The notes under the pieces were generated by a model, which worked only from the letters and a program-made list of their open reading frames with translations, had not been told where the DNA came from and searched no databases. Source: an uncultured Candidatus Rokubacteria bacterium (GTDB lineage Bacteria > Methylomirabilota > Methylomirabilia > Rokubacteriales > CSP1-6). From it: DNA of 64,000 nt. Both the position numbers and the translations under genes were made by a program. The DNA is taken from the NCBI GenBank assembly GCA_963789955.1, contig CAWBMV010000007.1:1-64000 (forward strand), written 5' to 3'. Numbering within the stretch: position 1 is the stretch's first letter; every line of letters begins with the position of its first letter. Below are positions 12,102 through 22,185 of this stretch, piece by piece.

Positions 12102-13436
12102 GTGAGACTCGAAGGCACCCTGCTACTGCTGGTCCTGCTCGTGGCGGCCGGCCCTGTCTGCGGTCCATCCGGTTTCGCCGGCGCCGCAGAGCCTCCGACG
12201 TCGTTCGCGCGGGTAGCGGCAGCCGCGCGGGCCGCTTCGATTGTCATCCGAGCCCCCGACGCGGAAGGGAGCGCAAGTTCTGTTCCGGTGGACTTCGACC
12301 CTGACGAAGAGCAACTCGAGGGCCTAAGCGCAGGCCGTGAGCGGATCCTCGGTGGCGGCGTCATCGTCGACCCGCAGGGGATCGCACTGACCAGTGCGCG
12401 TGCCGTGCGCCTCGAGTCCGGATTCGAGGTGGCTATGATCGATGGAACGCTGTTGAAGGCCACGGTGATGGGCCTCGACCGGCGGACCGATGTGGCGGTG
12501 TTGAAGCTCCACAGCGACGCGCCCCTCCCTCATCTGCCGCTCGGCGATTCCGATCTGGTGAGGGTTGGTGACTGGGTGATCGCCGTGGGAGTGCCGGCGG
12601 GTCTGGAGGGGACGGTCAGCGCGGGCATCATCACTGCCACACCCACGCCCGAGACCTCGAGTCCGCTCGCGAACTTCCTCCAGACCGACGCGGCGATGGG
12701 CCGCGGGAACGTCGGCGGCCCCGTCGTCGCCATGAGCGGTGAGATCGTGGGCCTCGGCACGGTGCTCAGCGGCAAAGGCATCGGTTACGCCCTTCCAGCG
12801 AAAATCGTGTGGAAGGTCTATCTCGAGCTGCTGGAGAAAGGCCGGGTGAGCCGGCCGTGGCTCGGCGCGACGATGCAATCGGTCACCGCCGACCTCGCTC
12901 GTGCGTTCGGCGCGCGCGCCGGCGTCGGTGTCCTCATCGCCGACATCCTGCCGACGAGCCCCGCCGCCAGCGCCGGCCTCCGCTCCGGCGACATCGTCGT
13001 CGAGGTCGGCGGGACCGTCGTGTCCTCCCGCGCCCAGGTTGAACGCGTAATAGGTCGCCTGACGCCAGGACGGCTCGTGCGATTGAGGGTCCGCCGTGAG
13101 TCACACGAGCTCGTGGTATCGGTCAAGCTAGGAGAGGAGCCCGACGAGTGGCAGGTTGTACCCGCCCTCGTCAGGGCCAGACGATTGTTCGGCATCGACG
13201 TCCGTCCCATCACTCCCACGATGGGTGCCGTGATAGTGGACGTCGACTCCGACGGTCCCGCTGATGTCGTCGGCATCGAGCCGGGCGACGTCATCCGCGA
13301 GGTCGGTCGCCAACCCGTCCATAACATCTCCGACTTCCAAGGGATCGTCCGGACGCTGCGTGCCGCCAGCGAGGTGCTGATGCTCGTACAGCGCGCGGAC
13401 GCCGCCGTCTACGTGGTTCTTCGGACCCGCCAGTAG
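12102..13436 (+). CDS. HtrA/DegP-like trypsin + 2 PDZ protein lacking catalytic His and Ser (copy 1)
   Basis: Signal peptide, GGGVIVD, TDVAVLKL, LGDSD..RVGDWVIAVG, SRPWLG and PDZ repeats; TSARAV and GNVGGP replace TNNHVV and GNSGGP. Confidence 0.85.
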   Translation: MRLEGTLLLLVLLVAAGPVCGPSGFAGAAEPPTSFARVAAAARAASIVIRAPDAEGSASSVPVDFDPDEEQLEGLSAGRERILGGGVIVDPQGIALTSARAVRLESGFEVAMIDGTLLKATVMGLDRRTDVAVLKLHSDAPLPHLPLGDSDLVRVGDWVIAVGVPAGLEGTVSAGIITATPTPETSSPLANFLQTDAAMGRGNVGGPVVAMSGEIVGLGTVLSGKGIGYALPAKIVWKVYLELLEKGRVSRPWLGATMQSVTADLARAFGARAGVGVLIADILPTSPAASAGLRSGDIVVEVGGTVVSSRAQVERVIGRLTPGRLVRLRVRRESHELVVSVKLGEEPDEWQVVPALVRARRLFGIDVRPITPTMGAVIVDVDSDGPADVVGIEPGDVIREVGRQPVHNISDFQGIVRTLRAASEVLMLVQRADAAVYVVLRTRQ

Positions 13437-13440
13437 GAGA

Positions 13441-14595
13441 TCACGCCTGCCGACCGAGTCCCAACGACGGGCGCGAGCTCCTGAGCTCGAGCCGGTCGTT
13501 CTCGTGCAGCTCTACCCGGTAGTCGAATCGCCGGCTCTCGCGATTGATCGTGTCCCTGAGCCACGCGGCGTCTGTGCGTGAAGCACGATTCAGTCTGAAG
13601 TTTCTGATCTGCATCGGGGTGAGATAGAGCTCGAGAAGCCGGCCCGTCAGAGGGTCCACGGTCGGGAAGAACATCAGCGCGAGGTCGTCCCGGAACTCCT
13701 CGTAGCCCGTAATTCCTTCGTAGTCGTCGAGCAAGTCGCCGCACCCATAAAGAATGAGCCTTTGCTCGAATATCTCGATCGGGCGGACGTGGTGGGAGGA
13801 GTGGCCGTGGACGACGTCAACTCCCGCTCGGATGAGGCCGTGGGCGAACCGGACGTGCTCGTCCGGGACGGCGAATCCCCAGTTGCTCCCCCAGTGAAGG
13901 GACGCGACGACGATGTCGCGGGGACGCTTGATGCTCCGGACCAAATCATCGATCCCATCGATCGTGTCGTTTGACAGATCCGTCAGCAAATTCACGCCCG
14001 GCCGATCGTCTGTCGCCGCCCAGCCGGGCGGGATCCCGCTCGTCTCGGTCCCGAACCCGAGAACGATCACCCGGCCCTTGCTCGGAACCTCGATCACGGC
14101 CGGTGCCCGAGCCTCGGCGAGGTTCCGGCCCGCGCCCGCGATCCTCACGCCCGCTGTCTTCAGAGTGTCCAGCGTCTCGCGCAGACCCGCATGGCGATAG
14201 TCGAAAGCGTGGTTGTTGGCCAGGACACAACAGTCGATGGACGCGGCGGTGATGCACGGCACGTTTTCGGGATGCATCCGGTAGTGGATGCCTTTCCCTT
14301 TCCAGTAGTCATCGCTGCGAGTGATGGTTGTCTCGAAGTTCACGATCCGCGCGTCCGGCCGCCGGGTCGCGAGTTCCTGGAGCGCATCACCCCAGATGTA
14401 AGGGAAGTCCACGGGGCGCGGAATCCGGCCATTCGCCTGTTCGGCCAGCTGCACGTAGCTCTCGGCATTGCGGACGTGTGGCTCTTGAATGCGGGGATTA
14501 CCGGGATACGGAAGCACCTGATCGACGCCGCGGCCCGTCATCACGTCGCCGCCGAGGAACATCGTGAGAGCGGAGTCGATAATCGCGTCGTCCAT
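13441..14595 (-). CDS. CapA-family (poly-gamma-glutamate synthesis) metallophosphoesterase
   Basis: GGDVMTGRG, NFET, LANNHAFD, SLHWG, HGHSSHH, YGCGD motifs. Confidence 0.9.
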   Translation of the reverse strand: MDDAIIDSALTMFLGGDVMTGRGVDQVLPYPGNPRIQEPHVRNAESYVQLAEQANGRIPRPVDFPYIWGDALQELATRRPDARIVNFETTITRSDDYWKGKGIHYRMHPENVPCITAASIDCCVLANNHAFDYRHAGLRETLDTLKTAGVRIAGAGRNLAEARAPAVIEVPSKGRVIVLGFGTETSGIPPGWAATDDRPGVNLLTDLSNDTIDGIDDLVRSIKRPRDIVVASLHWGSNWGFAVPDEHVRFAHGLIRAGVDVVHGHSSHHVRPIEIFEQRLILYGCGDLLDDYEGITGYEEFRDDLALMFFPTVDPLTGRLLELYLTPMQIRNFRLNRASRTDAAWLRDTINRESRRFDYRVELHENDRLELRSSRPSLGLGRQA

Positions 14596-14631
14596 CGATG
14601 GTCCCGACTCGCCGCGAGCCTTGTCGGAGGC

Positions 14632-16653
14632 CTATTCGGCGTCGGGGACGAGATCGAGAGCGGTAAGCCAGACCGTCGCCTCGGCATCGCTCGGCGCGCG
14701 CCAGTCGCCGCGCGGCGACAGCGAGCCTCCGGAGCCGACCTTGGGCGCGTTCGGGATACAGCTTCGCTTGAACTGGCTCAGCCGGAAGAAGCGATCCAGG
14801 AAGATTCTCAGATTCGCCTTGATCTGCGCCGGCGTGTATTTCTCGCGCCACGCGCAGTGGGCAAGGAAGGCGACCTTAGTCGGCGCGTAGCCGAACCGCG
14901 ACGTGTAATACAGGTTGAAGTCTTGGAGCTCGTACGGTCCGATCACGTCTTCGGTGCCCTGGGGCGGCTGCGAGCCCGCGCCCGCTCCCGGGATCAGCTC
15001 AGGGCTGATGCGCGTCGCCAGGACCGCCGCGAGCGCCGCGCTGACCTCGGGGCCGAACTGCTCGGTCTCGGCGACCCAGCGGATCACATGTTGGATGAGC
15101 GTCTTGGGAACGCTGGCGTTGACGGCGTAGTGAGACATGTGATCGCCGACGCCGTAGGTGCACCAGCCAAGCGCCAGCTCGCTGAGGTCACCCGTGCCGA
15201 TGACCAGCGCGTCGTGGAGATTTGCGAGGCGGAACAGATGGCTCGTGCGTTCGCCCGCCTGCACGTTTTCGAACGTCACGTCGTACGCCTTCTCGCCGCG
15301 GCTCACCGGGTGTTCGATGTCCCGAAGCATCTGCGTCGCGCTCGGCCGGATGTCGAGCTCATGGGCCTCGCAGCCGATGGCTTCCATCAGCCCGTGCGCC
15401 TGCTCGAGCGTGCGCCCACCGGTGGCGAACCCGGGCATCGTGTACGCGAGAATATGGGCGCGCGGGTAGCCGAGCGTGTCCAGCGCGCGGGCGCACACGA
15501 GGAGAGCGTGAGTGGAATCGAGGCCGCCCGAGATTCCGATCACGACCCGCCGGAGCCCGGTGAATTGCAGGCGCTTGACGAGGCCCTGCGCCTGGATCTC
15601 GTAGACCTCCGCGCAGCGCTCGCCGCGCTGGGCCGGGTCCGCGGGCACGTAGGGGAACCGCGCCCATCGCCGCTCGGGCAGGAGTCGCCCGCCACGGGGC
15701 AGCTCCAGCGGAACGCCGATCGTGCGGAAGTCCTCGAGCTCGCGGTGGTGGCGCTCGATCGTCTGCCCGATGCTCGTCGTGCGCATCCGCTCCTGCTGGA
15801 GCCGCTCGAGATCGATCTCCGCGCAGACGAGCTGGGGCGTGGGGCCGAAGCGGCGAGACTCACCGATGAGATTGCCGTTCTCGGAGACGAGAGCGTGGCC
15901 GTCCCACGCGAGGTCGGTGGTCGATTCACCGGGCCCCGCGGCAGAGTAGAGATAGGCGGCGAGACATCGCGCCGACTGGCTCGCGACCAGCTGGCGCCGG
16001 TAGTCGGCCTTGGCCACGGTGACGTTGGAGGCGGAGAGATTCAAGAGGATGGTCGCGCCGGCGAGCGCGGCGTAGGTCGAGGGCGGCAGCGGCACCCACA
16101 GGTCCTCACAGATCTCGACGTGAAATGTGGCCAGAGGTTGTTCCTCGAGCTGGAAGAGCAGGCGACTGCCGAAGGGGATCCCTCCCTGGCCGCCGAGCGT
16201 GATCTCGCGCCGCAGGGCGGTGTCCGCAGGGCTGAACTGGCGTAGCTCGTAGAACTCCCGATAGTTGGGCAGATATGTCTTCGGCACGGCGCCGAGGATC
16301 CGGCCCCCGGAAAGGACGACGCCGCAGTTGTAGAGGTGATGATCGACGATCACCGGCATCCCGACGACTGCGACCAGGGGCAGGCGGGCCGAGGCGCGGA
16401 CGACTGCGACGAGCGCTGCGTGAGAAGCGTCGAGCAGGGCGCGCTGCTGGAAAAGATCCTCGCATGAGTACGCCGAGAGGCAGAGCTCCGGGAACAGGAC
16501 CGCGACCACGCGCCGTTCCGCCGCGTCTTCGAGCAAGGCGATCGCCTGCTGTGCGTTGAACGCCGGATCGGCGACCCGAACGCCGGGAATCGCCACCCCG
16601 ACCCGGATGAGGTCGTGGTTGTAGAGATTGAAGAACTCGTCCCCCGACCTCAC
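14632..16653 (-). CDS. nadE: Glutamine-dependent NAD+ synthetase
   Basis: Nitrilase domain (FPELC, ICEDLW) plus [15 protein letters not shown] and GTGDLSE. Confidence 0.95.
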   Translation of the reverse strand: MRSGDEFFNLYNHDLIRVGVAIPGVRVADPAFNAQQAIALLEDAAERRVVAVLFPELCLSAYSCEDLFQQRALLDASHAALVAVVRASARLPLVAVVGMPVIVDHHLYNCGVVLSGGRILGAVPKTYLPNYREFYELRQFSPADTALRREITLGGQGGIPFGSRLLFQLEEQPLATFHVEICEDLWVPLPPSTYAALAGATILLNLSASNVTVAKADYRRQLVASQSARCLAAYLYSAAGPGESTTDLAWDGHALVSENGNLIGESRRFGPTPQLVCAEIDLERLQQERMRTTSIGQTIERHHRELEDFRTIGVPLELPRGGRLLPERRWARFPYVPADPAQRGERCAEVYEIQAQGLVKRLQFTGLRRVVIGISGGLDSTHALLVCARALDTLGYPRAHILAYTMPGFATGGRTLEQAHGLMEAIGCEAHELDIRPSATQMLRDIEHPVSRGEKAYDVTFENVQAGERTSHLFRLANLHDALVIGTGDLSELALGWCTYGVGDHMSHYAVNASVPKTLIQHVIRWVAETEQFGPEVSAALAAVLATRISPELIPGAGAGSQPPQGTEDVIGPYELQDFNLYYTSRFGYAPTKVAFLAHCAWREKYTPAQIKANLRIFLDRFFRLSQFKRSCIPNAPKVGSGGSLSPRGDWRAPSDAEATVWLTALDLVPDAE

Positions 16654-16928
16654 TCGATTTTCCGCTCCTTCCGGCAGGCGATCTCACCCGGCGACGCGTG
16701 GTAGGCCTGACACTCGGGCTCACGGCCGCGCACGACGCGCCGGACGATGAGCGGCCCGTGGGTCTCGGTGACGACTGTTCGCTGGCCTTCGGGCCCCGCG
16801 TCGGTGTGGAAATAGACGACGACCCAGGCGCGGACGCGAAACGGGTTCGCCCGCTGTGCCTGGAGAATGTCCGCGGCCTCACGGAGCTTCCCGGCGATGC
16901 GCTCGTTCTGGAACGACGGCGTCGTCAC
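16650..16928 (-). pseudogene. Internally deleted HhH (PolX N-terminal-like) DNA-binding protein
   Basis: NERIAGKLREAADILQAQRANPFRVRA is joined directly to the C-terminal WVVVYF...EGQRTVVTETHGPL..RRVVRGRE segment. Confidence 0.6.
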
Positions 16929-17284
16929 CGGCGCCCGCTCCGTCGAGACGGCCGCCCGGCCCGCTCCCTGGCGACCATCTCCTGCATGAGGTGCTTGGCG
17001 CGCAGGAGCTCGGCACGACGCTTCGCGCTGAGCCCACGCCCGGCTCGGTTGATGAAGAACAGCAGCATGCGCAGGCCGGACGTGATCCCCTTCGGACTCA
17101 CGCGCGTTGACGCGAGTGTCCGCGCGATGGTCCGCGCATTCTTCGCAAACAGCCCTCGAGGTGGAGCGGTCGAGACGGTGGTAACGGTACGGACCCAGAG
17201 ACGCTTGCCCTTGCGCCGCCGCTTCGTCGGCTTTCGTACATTCCCGTGCGGTCTCGCACGGTGACTCCGCCGGGCCTGGCTCAT
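16925..17284 (-). CDS. DUF3175-family basic protein
   Basis: W..VTTVS...GLF...IARTL...MLLFFINRAGRGLS..RRAELLRAK pattern. Confidence 0.8.
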   Translation of the reverse strand: MSQARRSHRARPHGNVRKPTKRRRKGKRLWVRTVTTVSTAPPRGLFAKNARTIARTLASTRVSPKGITSGLRMLLFFINRAGRGLSAKRRAELLRAKHLMQEMVARERAGRPSRRSGRR

Positions 17285-17298
17285 ACGAGACGAATCAC

Positions 17299-17313
17299 GC
17301 AACCCGGATGCCA
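17299..17313 (-). promoter_or_regulatory. sigma54 -24/-12 promoter
   Basis: Minus strand TGGCAT-CCGGG-TTGC; TGGGG-CGATCGCT-CCCCA at 17366-17383. Confidence 0.75.
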
Positions 17314-17452
17314 CAAGCCGACATCAAGGAAAACAAGGGCTAACGCGCTGACCAAGCAGGACGGCTGGGGCGATCGCTCCCCAACTCAGAAAACGCGGGG
17401 CGCCCAGGACCCGCTCGGCGACGCGGCAACTCTTCTCGCTCTCCCTTGCACT

Positions 17453-17872
17453 TCATTTGACGAGCAGGATCGGACAGCGACAGAAGACGCCGACCTTGTA
17501 GCTGGTCGTGCCCCAGCCGGTGGCGGGGCGGCCCGGTCGCACTGTGTGCGAGCCCATGACGATCAGGTCGATCGCATCCTTGACCGCGACGCGAACAATG
17601 TCACGCGCGGGCTCGCCGATGCAAACCTCGGTATCGACTGGCACCCGCTGGGCCGCGAACCGCCGAGCGATCCGCGCAAGCTTCTCGACCGAGGCCGTCT
17701 CGAGGCGCTCGTAGAAATCGCGCAGCTCGCCGAAAGGAAGGTCGGGAACACTCTGGATCACATGCAGCAGGGTCACTCGCGCGTGCGTTTGCCGCGCGAG
17801 TGCCAGCGCGGTCCGGATCGCGCGCTGGTTCCGGTCGCTCAGATCGGTTGGCACGAGGAGGTGCTTGAACAT
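17453..17872 (-). CDS. Universal stress protein (single domain)
   Basis: MFKHLLVPTDLS...DLIVMGSH...CPILLVK. Confidence 0.9.
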   Translation of the reverse strand: MFKHLLVPTDLSDRNQRAIRTALALARQTHARVTLLHVIQSVPDLPFGELRDFYERLETASVEKLARIARRFAAQRVPVDTEVCIGEPARDIVRVAVKDAIDLIVMGSHTVRPGRPATGWGTTSYKVGVFCRCPILLVK

Positions 17873-17874
17873 GT

Positions 17875-18302
17875 TTATCCGCGCAATGGCTTCGCCCGTC
17901 CCCCGCTCGCGGTGCCTGGACGCCGGCCCGCCTCCGGGCGCGACGACCGCACCCAGGCGAGGAGCTCCTTCGCAGGCCAGGTATTGACGACGCCGGCCTT
18001 CTCGACCCGGGCCCGGCGGGCAGTCGCCGCGCCGAGCTCGATCGACGTGAGGTGATCCAACACGTGCGCATCGGTGTTGACGACGATCAAGATACTCGAG
18101 GATTTTTCCCGCGAGGTCCTTCCCCACCCCGGGGATCTCTTCGAGGCGCTCCTCGCGCGCGAGCGTCTCGACGTCCTCGGTGAGCGTCTCGAGGTTCTGG
18201 GCGGCGCGCCGGTAGGCGCGAATGCGGAACGGGTTCTCCCCCCTTGATCTCGAGGACGTCCGCCATCAGGTCGAAGAGGCGCGCGAGCTCGAAATTTTTC
18301 AT
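17875..18302 (-). pseudogene. polX: DNA polymerase X/PHP relic with a large internal deletion
   Basis: N-terminus MKNFELARLFDLMADVLEIKG..NPFRIRAYRRAA...IPGVGKDLAGKILEYL followed, in another frame, by the PHP C-terminus IVVNTDAH...ARRA...VVNTW. Confidence 0.8.
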
Positions 18303-18529
18303 CGCCCGCGCCGTCGGCCTCGGGTGATCCAGCGGTCGATCGCAAGCCATACTGCCGGGAGAACCGCCAGCACGAAGCCGTCGCGCTCCTTGACGACGAC
18401 CTTGGCAAACGCGGCCCCCGGTGTGCGGGTGACGGCGGTCTGCTCCTGCGCGGTCACCGCGCCGGCGTGGATCAAGACCTCGTACTTGGCCTGCTTTGCC
18501 CGCAGGAACTCTTCGAGCTTCGAGTACAT
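18299..18529 (-). pseudogene. YbaK/EbsC (aminoacyl-tRNA deacylase family) fragment
   Basis: YEVLIH...TAQE...AKVVVK.RDGFVLAVLPA, then truncated (76 aa). Confidence 0.65.
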
Positions 18530-18534
18530 GGCGA

Positions 18535-18945
18535 TCACCCGGCTCCGACCTCGGCCTGCGCCTCGGCCCACAACTCCTTCAGAGCCTTCGGCAGTTGGGC
18601 GAAGACGTCTTCGGCCTCGCCCGGAGCGAGGTGCTCCTTGAGCGCCGCGAAGACCGCCAGCGTCATCCAGCGCGCGTCGCGTGCGCTGCCGAGCTTCGCC
18701 TCGACCTTCTCGCGCTCGAGGAACTCCTCCCGGGTGAGCTTCATCGGCGTGCGTTCGGGCAGCTCGCCCTCTTCCCAAACCTGCTTGAGGTCGCGCGGGA
18801 GTTGGGCCAGCACCTGGTCGGCCTCGTTGGGCGTGAGGCGATCTCGCAGCGCGTGGAAGACCGCCGCCGTCGTACGCTTCGCGACGTCGCGGCTCTTCTC
18901 GCCACTCGTACCCATCACGATCCTGTAAAACGCTGCACTGCTCAT
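18535..18945 (-). CDS. DUF2267-family protein
   Basis: Internal repeat AVFHALRDRL..EADQVLAQLP / AVFAALKEHL..GEAEDVFAQLP. Confidence 0.85.
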   Translation of the reverse strand: MSSAAFYRIVMGTSGEKSRDVAKRTTAAVFHALRDRLTPNEADQVLAQLPRDLKQVWEEGELPERTPMKLTREEFLEREKVEAKLGSARDARWMTLAVFAALKEHLAPGEAEDVFAQLPKALKELWAEAQAEVGAG

Positions 18946-18969
18946 ACCGTGCTCCTCATTCCATCGCTC

Positions 18970-20424
18970 TCAGCCCTTGATGTTCCCGATCGGTGTCAGC
19001 GAGACGACCTTGCGCGAGATATCGAGACGGTCCACGACGTCCACGACCTCGCCGAGGTCCTTGTAGGCGAAGCCCGCCTCCTCCGCGACGCCCGACTTGG
19101 ACGCGGCGCGAACGACGATCCCGCGTTCTGCCATCTGCTTGAGGAGCGCCTCACCCCAGACCTGGCGCTTGGCCTGAGCACGGGACATCGTGCGTCCCGC
19201 CCCGTGCGCGGTCGAGCCGAACGTCTCCGTCATCGCGTGCACCGTGCCGACGAGAAGGGCCGAGCCGGTCTCCATCGACCCGCCGATGATCACGGGCTGG
19301 CCGACTTCTCGATAAGCCGCGGGCACGTCGGCCGCGCCGGGGCCGAACGATCGGGTCGCCCCCTTGCGGTGCACCACGAGCTCGAGCGCTTGGCCGTCGA
19401 CGACGTGGCGCTCGAGCTTGGCCGTGTTGTGGCAGACGTCGTAGATCACGCCGAGCCCGAGATCGCGTGGGTCCTTGCCGAACACGCGTCCCATCACCTC
19501 GCGCACGCGATGGGTCATCACCTGACGGTTCGCGAACGCGGCGTTGGCAGCGGCCGTCATGGCGCCGAAGTACGCCTGGCCCTCCGGCGAGCGGAACGGC
19601 GCACACGCGAGCTCGCGGTCCCGCACCGTGATGCCGTAGCCGCGCATGGCCTGGTCGAATCGCCTGAGGTAGTCGGTTCCGATCTGATGCCCGAAGCCGC
19701 GCGAGCCGCAGTGGAGCATGACGAGAATCTGGCCGGGCCGCTCGATACCGAAGGCCTTCGCCACACGCGAATCGTGGATCCCATCGTGAGGCACAACCTG
19801 GATCTCGAGGTAGTGATTGCCCGAGCCGAGCGTGCCGAGCTGGTCCCGGCCGCGGGAGACCGCGCGCTCGCTCACCTGAGCGGGATCGGCGCCTGCAAGG
19901 CAGCCGCCGCCTTCGGTCGCGTCGAGGTCTTCAGGCCAGGCGTACCCGTGCCGCAGGCACCAACGGGAACCGTCGCGCATGACTTCACCGAACTCGTCCG
20001 CGGAGAGCCGTACGAATCCCTTGGACCCCACGCCCGACGGAACCGCGTCGAAGAGCGCGTCGACGAGTTCGGTGAGCTTCGGCCGGACCTCGGCCTCGGT
20101 GAGGCTCGTTCGCAGCACCCGCATGCCGCAGTTGATGTCGAACCCGATCCCGCCGGGCGAGATGACGCCGGTGTCGGCGCGGAACGCCGCGACGCCACCG
20201 ATGGGGAACCCGTAGCCCCAGTGGCCGTCGGGCATACAGAGCGCGGCCCGCACGATCCCGGGTAGGCACGCGACGTTCGTCACCTGCTCGAACACGCCCT
20301 CGTCCATCCGGCGGAGCAGCGCCTCCGACGCGTAGATGCGCGCCGGCACCAGCATGCCCGGCTTCTCGCTCGGTGGGATCTCCCACACGCAGTCGCCGAC
20401 CGGAAGCGCCTTCATCGTCGTCAT
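18970..20424 (-). CDS. rtcB: RNA ligase RtcB
   Basis: MPDGHWGYGFPIGG, GFDINCG, GTLGSGNHYLE, HCGSRG, HNTAK, VHRKGAT, HGAGR. Confidence 0.97.
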   Translation of the reverse strand: MTTMKALPVGDCVWEIPPSEKPGMLVPARIYASEALLRRMDEGVFEQVTNVACLPGIVRAALCMPDGHWGYGFPIGGVAAFRADTGVISPGGIGFDINCGMRVLRTSLTEAEVRPKLTELVDALFDAVPSGVGSKGFVRLSADEFGEVMRDGSRWCLRHGYAWPEDLDATEGGGCLAGADPAQVSERAVSRGRDQLGTLGSGNHYLEIQVVPHDGIHDSRVAKAFGIERPGQILVMLHCGSRGFGHQIGTDYLRRFDQAMRGYGITVRDRELACAPFRSPEGQAYFGAMTAAANAAFANRQVMTHRVREVMGRVFGKDPRDLGLGVIYDVCHNTAKLERHVVDGQALELVVHRKGATRSFGPGAADVPAAYREVGQPVIIGGSMETGSALLVGTVHAMTETFGSTAHGAGRTMSRAQAKRQVWGEALLKQMAERGIVVRAASKSGVAEEAGFAYKDLGEVVDVVDRLDISRKVVSLTPIGNIKG

Positions 20425-20425
20425 C

Positions 20426-20854
20426 TCAGATGTCGATGACCACGCGCGCGCGCCAGCCTCGTTCAGACGGCTCGAGCGCGAACTGATGGAACGTCACGGC
20501 CTTGGGATCGGCGCGGAGCGCTGTGGTGGCGCGGTCGATCGGTCCCCCGACGAGCCGCGCCGACAGGCGGCAAGGTGAGCCCGCGCTCACGCGCGCCTCT
20601 ACCGCGGGGAACACGAGCTGCTCAGTGTCCTTCACGTAGATCAGCTCGGAGAGCCAGTCGTAAAGCAGGAGATCCAGCGAAGGGGCCGCGAGCTCGACTC
20701 GCCGCTCGATCGTCGTCCGGACCGTAGCCGGGTCCACCATGACCTCGGCCACCGCCCGCGCCGCCGTCGCGAAGAGATCATCGAGGTCATCCCCCTCGAT
20801 CTCCATCGCGCAATCAGCGAGAGCGACCGTCTCGAGAAACTCGTGCCGGCCCAC
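20426..20854 (-). CDS. Archease
   Basis: LLYDWLSELIY, KAVTFH and C-terminal VIDI; adjacent to rtcB. Confidence 0.9.
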   Translation of the reverse strand: MGRHEFLETVALADCAMEIEGDDLDDLFATAARAVAEVMVDPATVRTTIERRVELAAPSLDLLLYDWLSELIYVKDTEQLVFPAVEARVSAGSPCRLSARLVGGPIDRATTALRADPKAVTFHQFALEPSERGWRARVVIDI

Positions 20855-20866
20855 GGCCCCTACCCT

Positions 20867-21340
20867 CTACGCCGCCTTCACCGGGATCGCCGTGCCCTTC
20901 GCCGCCGGCGTCTTCGGCAGCTTGACCGTCAGCACGCCGTCCTTGAAGATCGCGTTCACCTTCTCGGTTTCCACACCGGCCGGGAGCGTGATGGTGCGGA
21001 CGAAGTCGCCCCACGAGCGCTCGACCCGGTGGTACTTCGCGTCTTTCTCGTCCTTCTCTTCTTTCTGCTTGTGCTTCTCCCCCTTGATGGTCAGCATGTG
21101 GTTCTCGAGCGAAACGCTGACATCCTTCTGCTCGACACCGGGGATCTCCGCCTTCACGATGAAGGCGTCCTTGGTCTCGGAGAAGTCGAGCTTAGGCGCC
21201 CAGGCGCCGGCCGCCGCGAACTCGTCCCGGCGGGGCTCGAAGAATCGGTCGAAGACCCGCTCCATGTCCTCTCGCAGCGCATCCATCCCTCTCCACGGAG
21301 CCAATGCACGCATGATGACCTCCTTCTCCATGCTCGCCAT
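20867..21340 (-). CDS. Hsp20/alpha-crystallin small heat-shock protein
   Basis: AEIPGV, LTIKGEK, ERSWGDFVRTITLP, FKDGVLTVKLPK; true start may be a few codons later. Confidence 0.95.
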   Translation of the reverse strand: MASMEKEVIMRALAPWRGMDALREDMERVFDRFFEPRRDEFAAAGAWAPKLDFSETKDAFIVKAEIPGVEQKDVSVSLENHMLTIKGEKHKQKEEKDEKDAKYHRVERSWGDFVRTITLPAGVETEKVNAIFKDGVLTVKLPKTPAAKGTAIPVKAA

Positions 21341-21504
21341 GCTCGCCTCGAGCCCGTTACTCGGCTATGACCGTGACGGCGATCCTGGTCGCAATCGGCC
21401 GATTCCCCTTTTTGCTCGACCCGCACCGTGACGAACTCACCCCCTTCACCGCCCACGCGCCGAGGCGGTATCGACGAAGTCTCCCGGCGGGCAACACACC
21501 ACAT

Positions 21505-21520
21505 AGCAACAGGGGTGCCA
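21505..21520 (-). promoter_or_regulatory. sigma54 -24/-12 promoter of the hsp20-archease-rtcB unit
   Basis: Minus strand TGGCAC-CCCTG-TTGCT (consensus); TGGGG-N8-CCACA at 21583-21600. Confidence 0.8.
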
Positions 21521-21766
21521 CGACGGGCGAGGCGAGAGTCGTTGAATTCAAACATGTCCTCGACGCGCAGGTGCAGGCATTCTGGGGCGTCACCGCCACA
21601 CTGAGGCGGGGCGGCGCCGTCGGGTCGAGGAGAGTGAGCCATGGACGAACTGGCGATTGGTGAAACGCAACACGCGGCGGGCGGTCGACGGCATCATCGA
21701 CTACTTCGGCGATCCGGCTGCCGCCCCGCCCCGGCAGAACGTTCAGCGAGCGTCATGTCGAATTCC

Positions 21767-22150
21767 TTACTGCGCGGTGAAGATGAACGCGAGCACATTT
21801 GCCAGTTCCAGCGGCGTGAGGGTCGGTCGCTCGATTCCCTTCTCGCGCATCTTCGCGCCCATCAGTGGTAGATGGTTCCACATCGCCGCGCCCAGCTCGT
21901 AGAAGCCTGCGCCGCTCTGGATGCGAGCAAGGTCCGGAGCGGCTCGCCCCTCGCTGCCGCTGCGAACCCCGTGGCATTGGCCGCACCCCTTCTTTGAGTA
22001 CACGTCCCAGCCCGCGATCAGCGCCCAGTCGGGCGCGGACGGCAGCGGCGGCTGGGACGCCTGCTGCTGGGCAGCGGCCGACACGAATAAGAGAAGGACC
22101 AAGCAGCACGCGGAGGCCGCGCGGCGGGCCCAAGGTCTCGTCGCAGTCAT
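21767..22150 (-). CDS. Cytochrome c, possibly the truncated first domain of a multi-domain protein
   Basis: Signal peptide, CGQCH, APDL, AMWNH motifs. Confidence 0.7.
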   Translation of the reverse strand: MTATRPWARRAASACCLVLLLFVSAAAQQQASQPPLPSAPDWALIAGWDVYSKKGCGQCHGVRSGSEGRAAPDLARIQSGAGFYELGAAMWNHLPLMGAKMREKGIERPTLTPLELANVLAFIFTAQ

Positions 22151-22185
22151 TTTCGAGAGGTCTCCTGTCGGTTGAGTTCTGTCAG

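Noticed and set aside
11727..13436. 569-aa DUF2267-HtrA fusion
   Set aside because: Created by a frameshift in DUF2267; HtrA has its own signal peptide from 12102 and its paralog lacks the extension.
14191..20265. Long antisense ORFs (e.g. 14191-16245, 18496-20265) and similar ones elsewhere
   Set aside because: Shadow ORFs of GC-rich genes on the opposite strand; no recognisable motifs.
21641..21760. RBS-led fragment MDELAI/VKRNTRRAVDGIIDYFGD
   Set aside because: Possibly another gene relic, but no family could be recognised.
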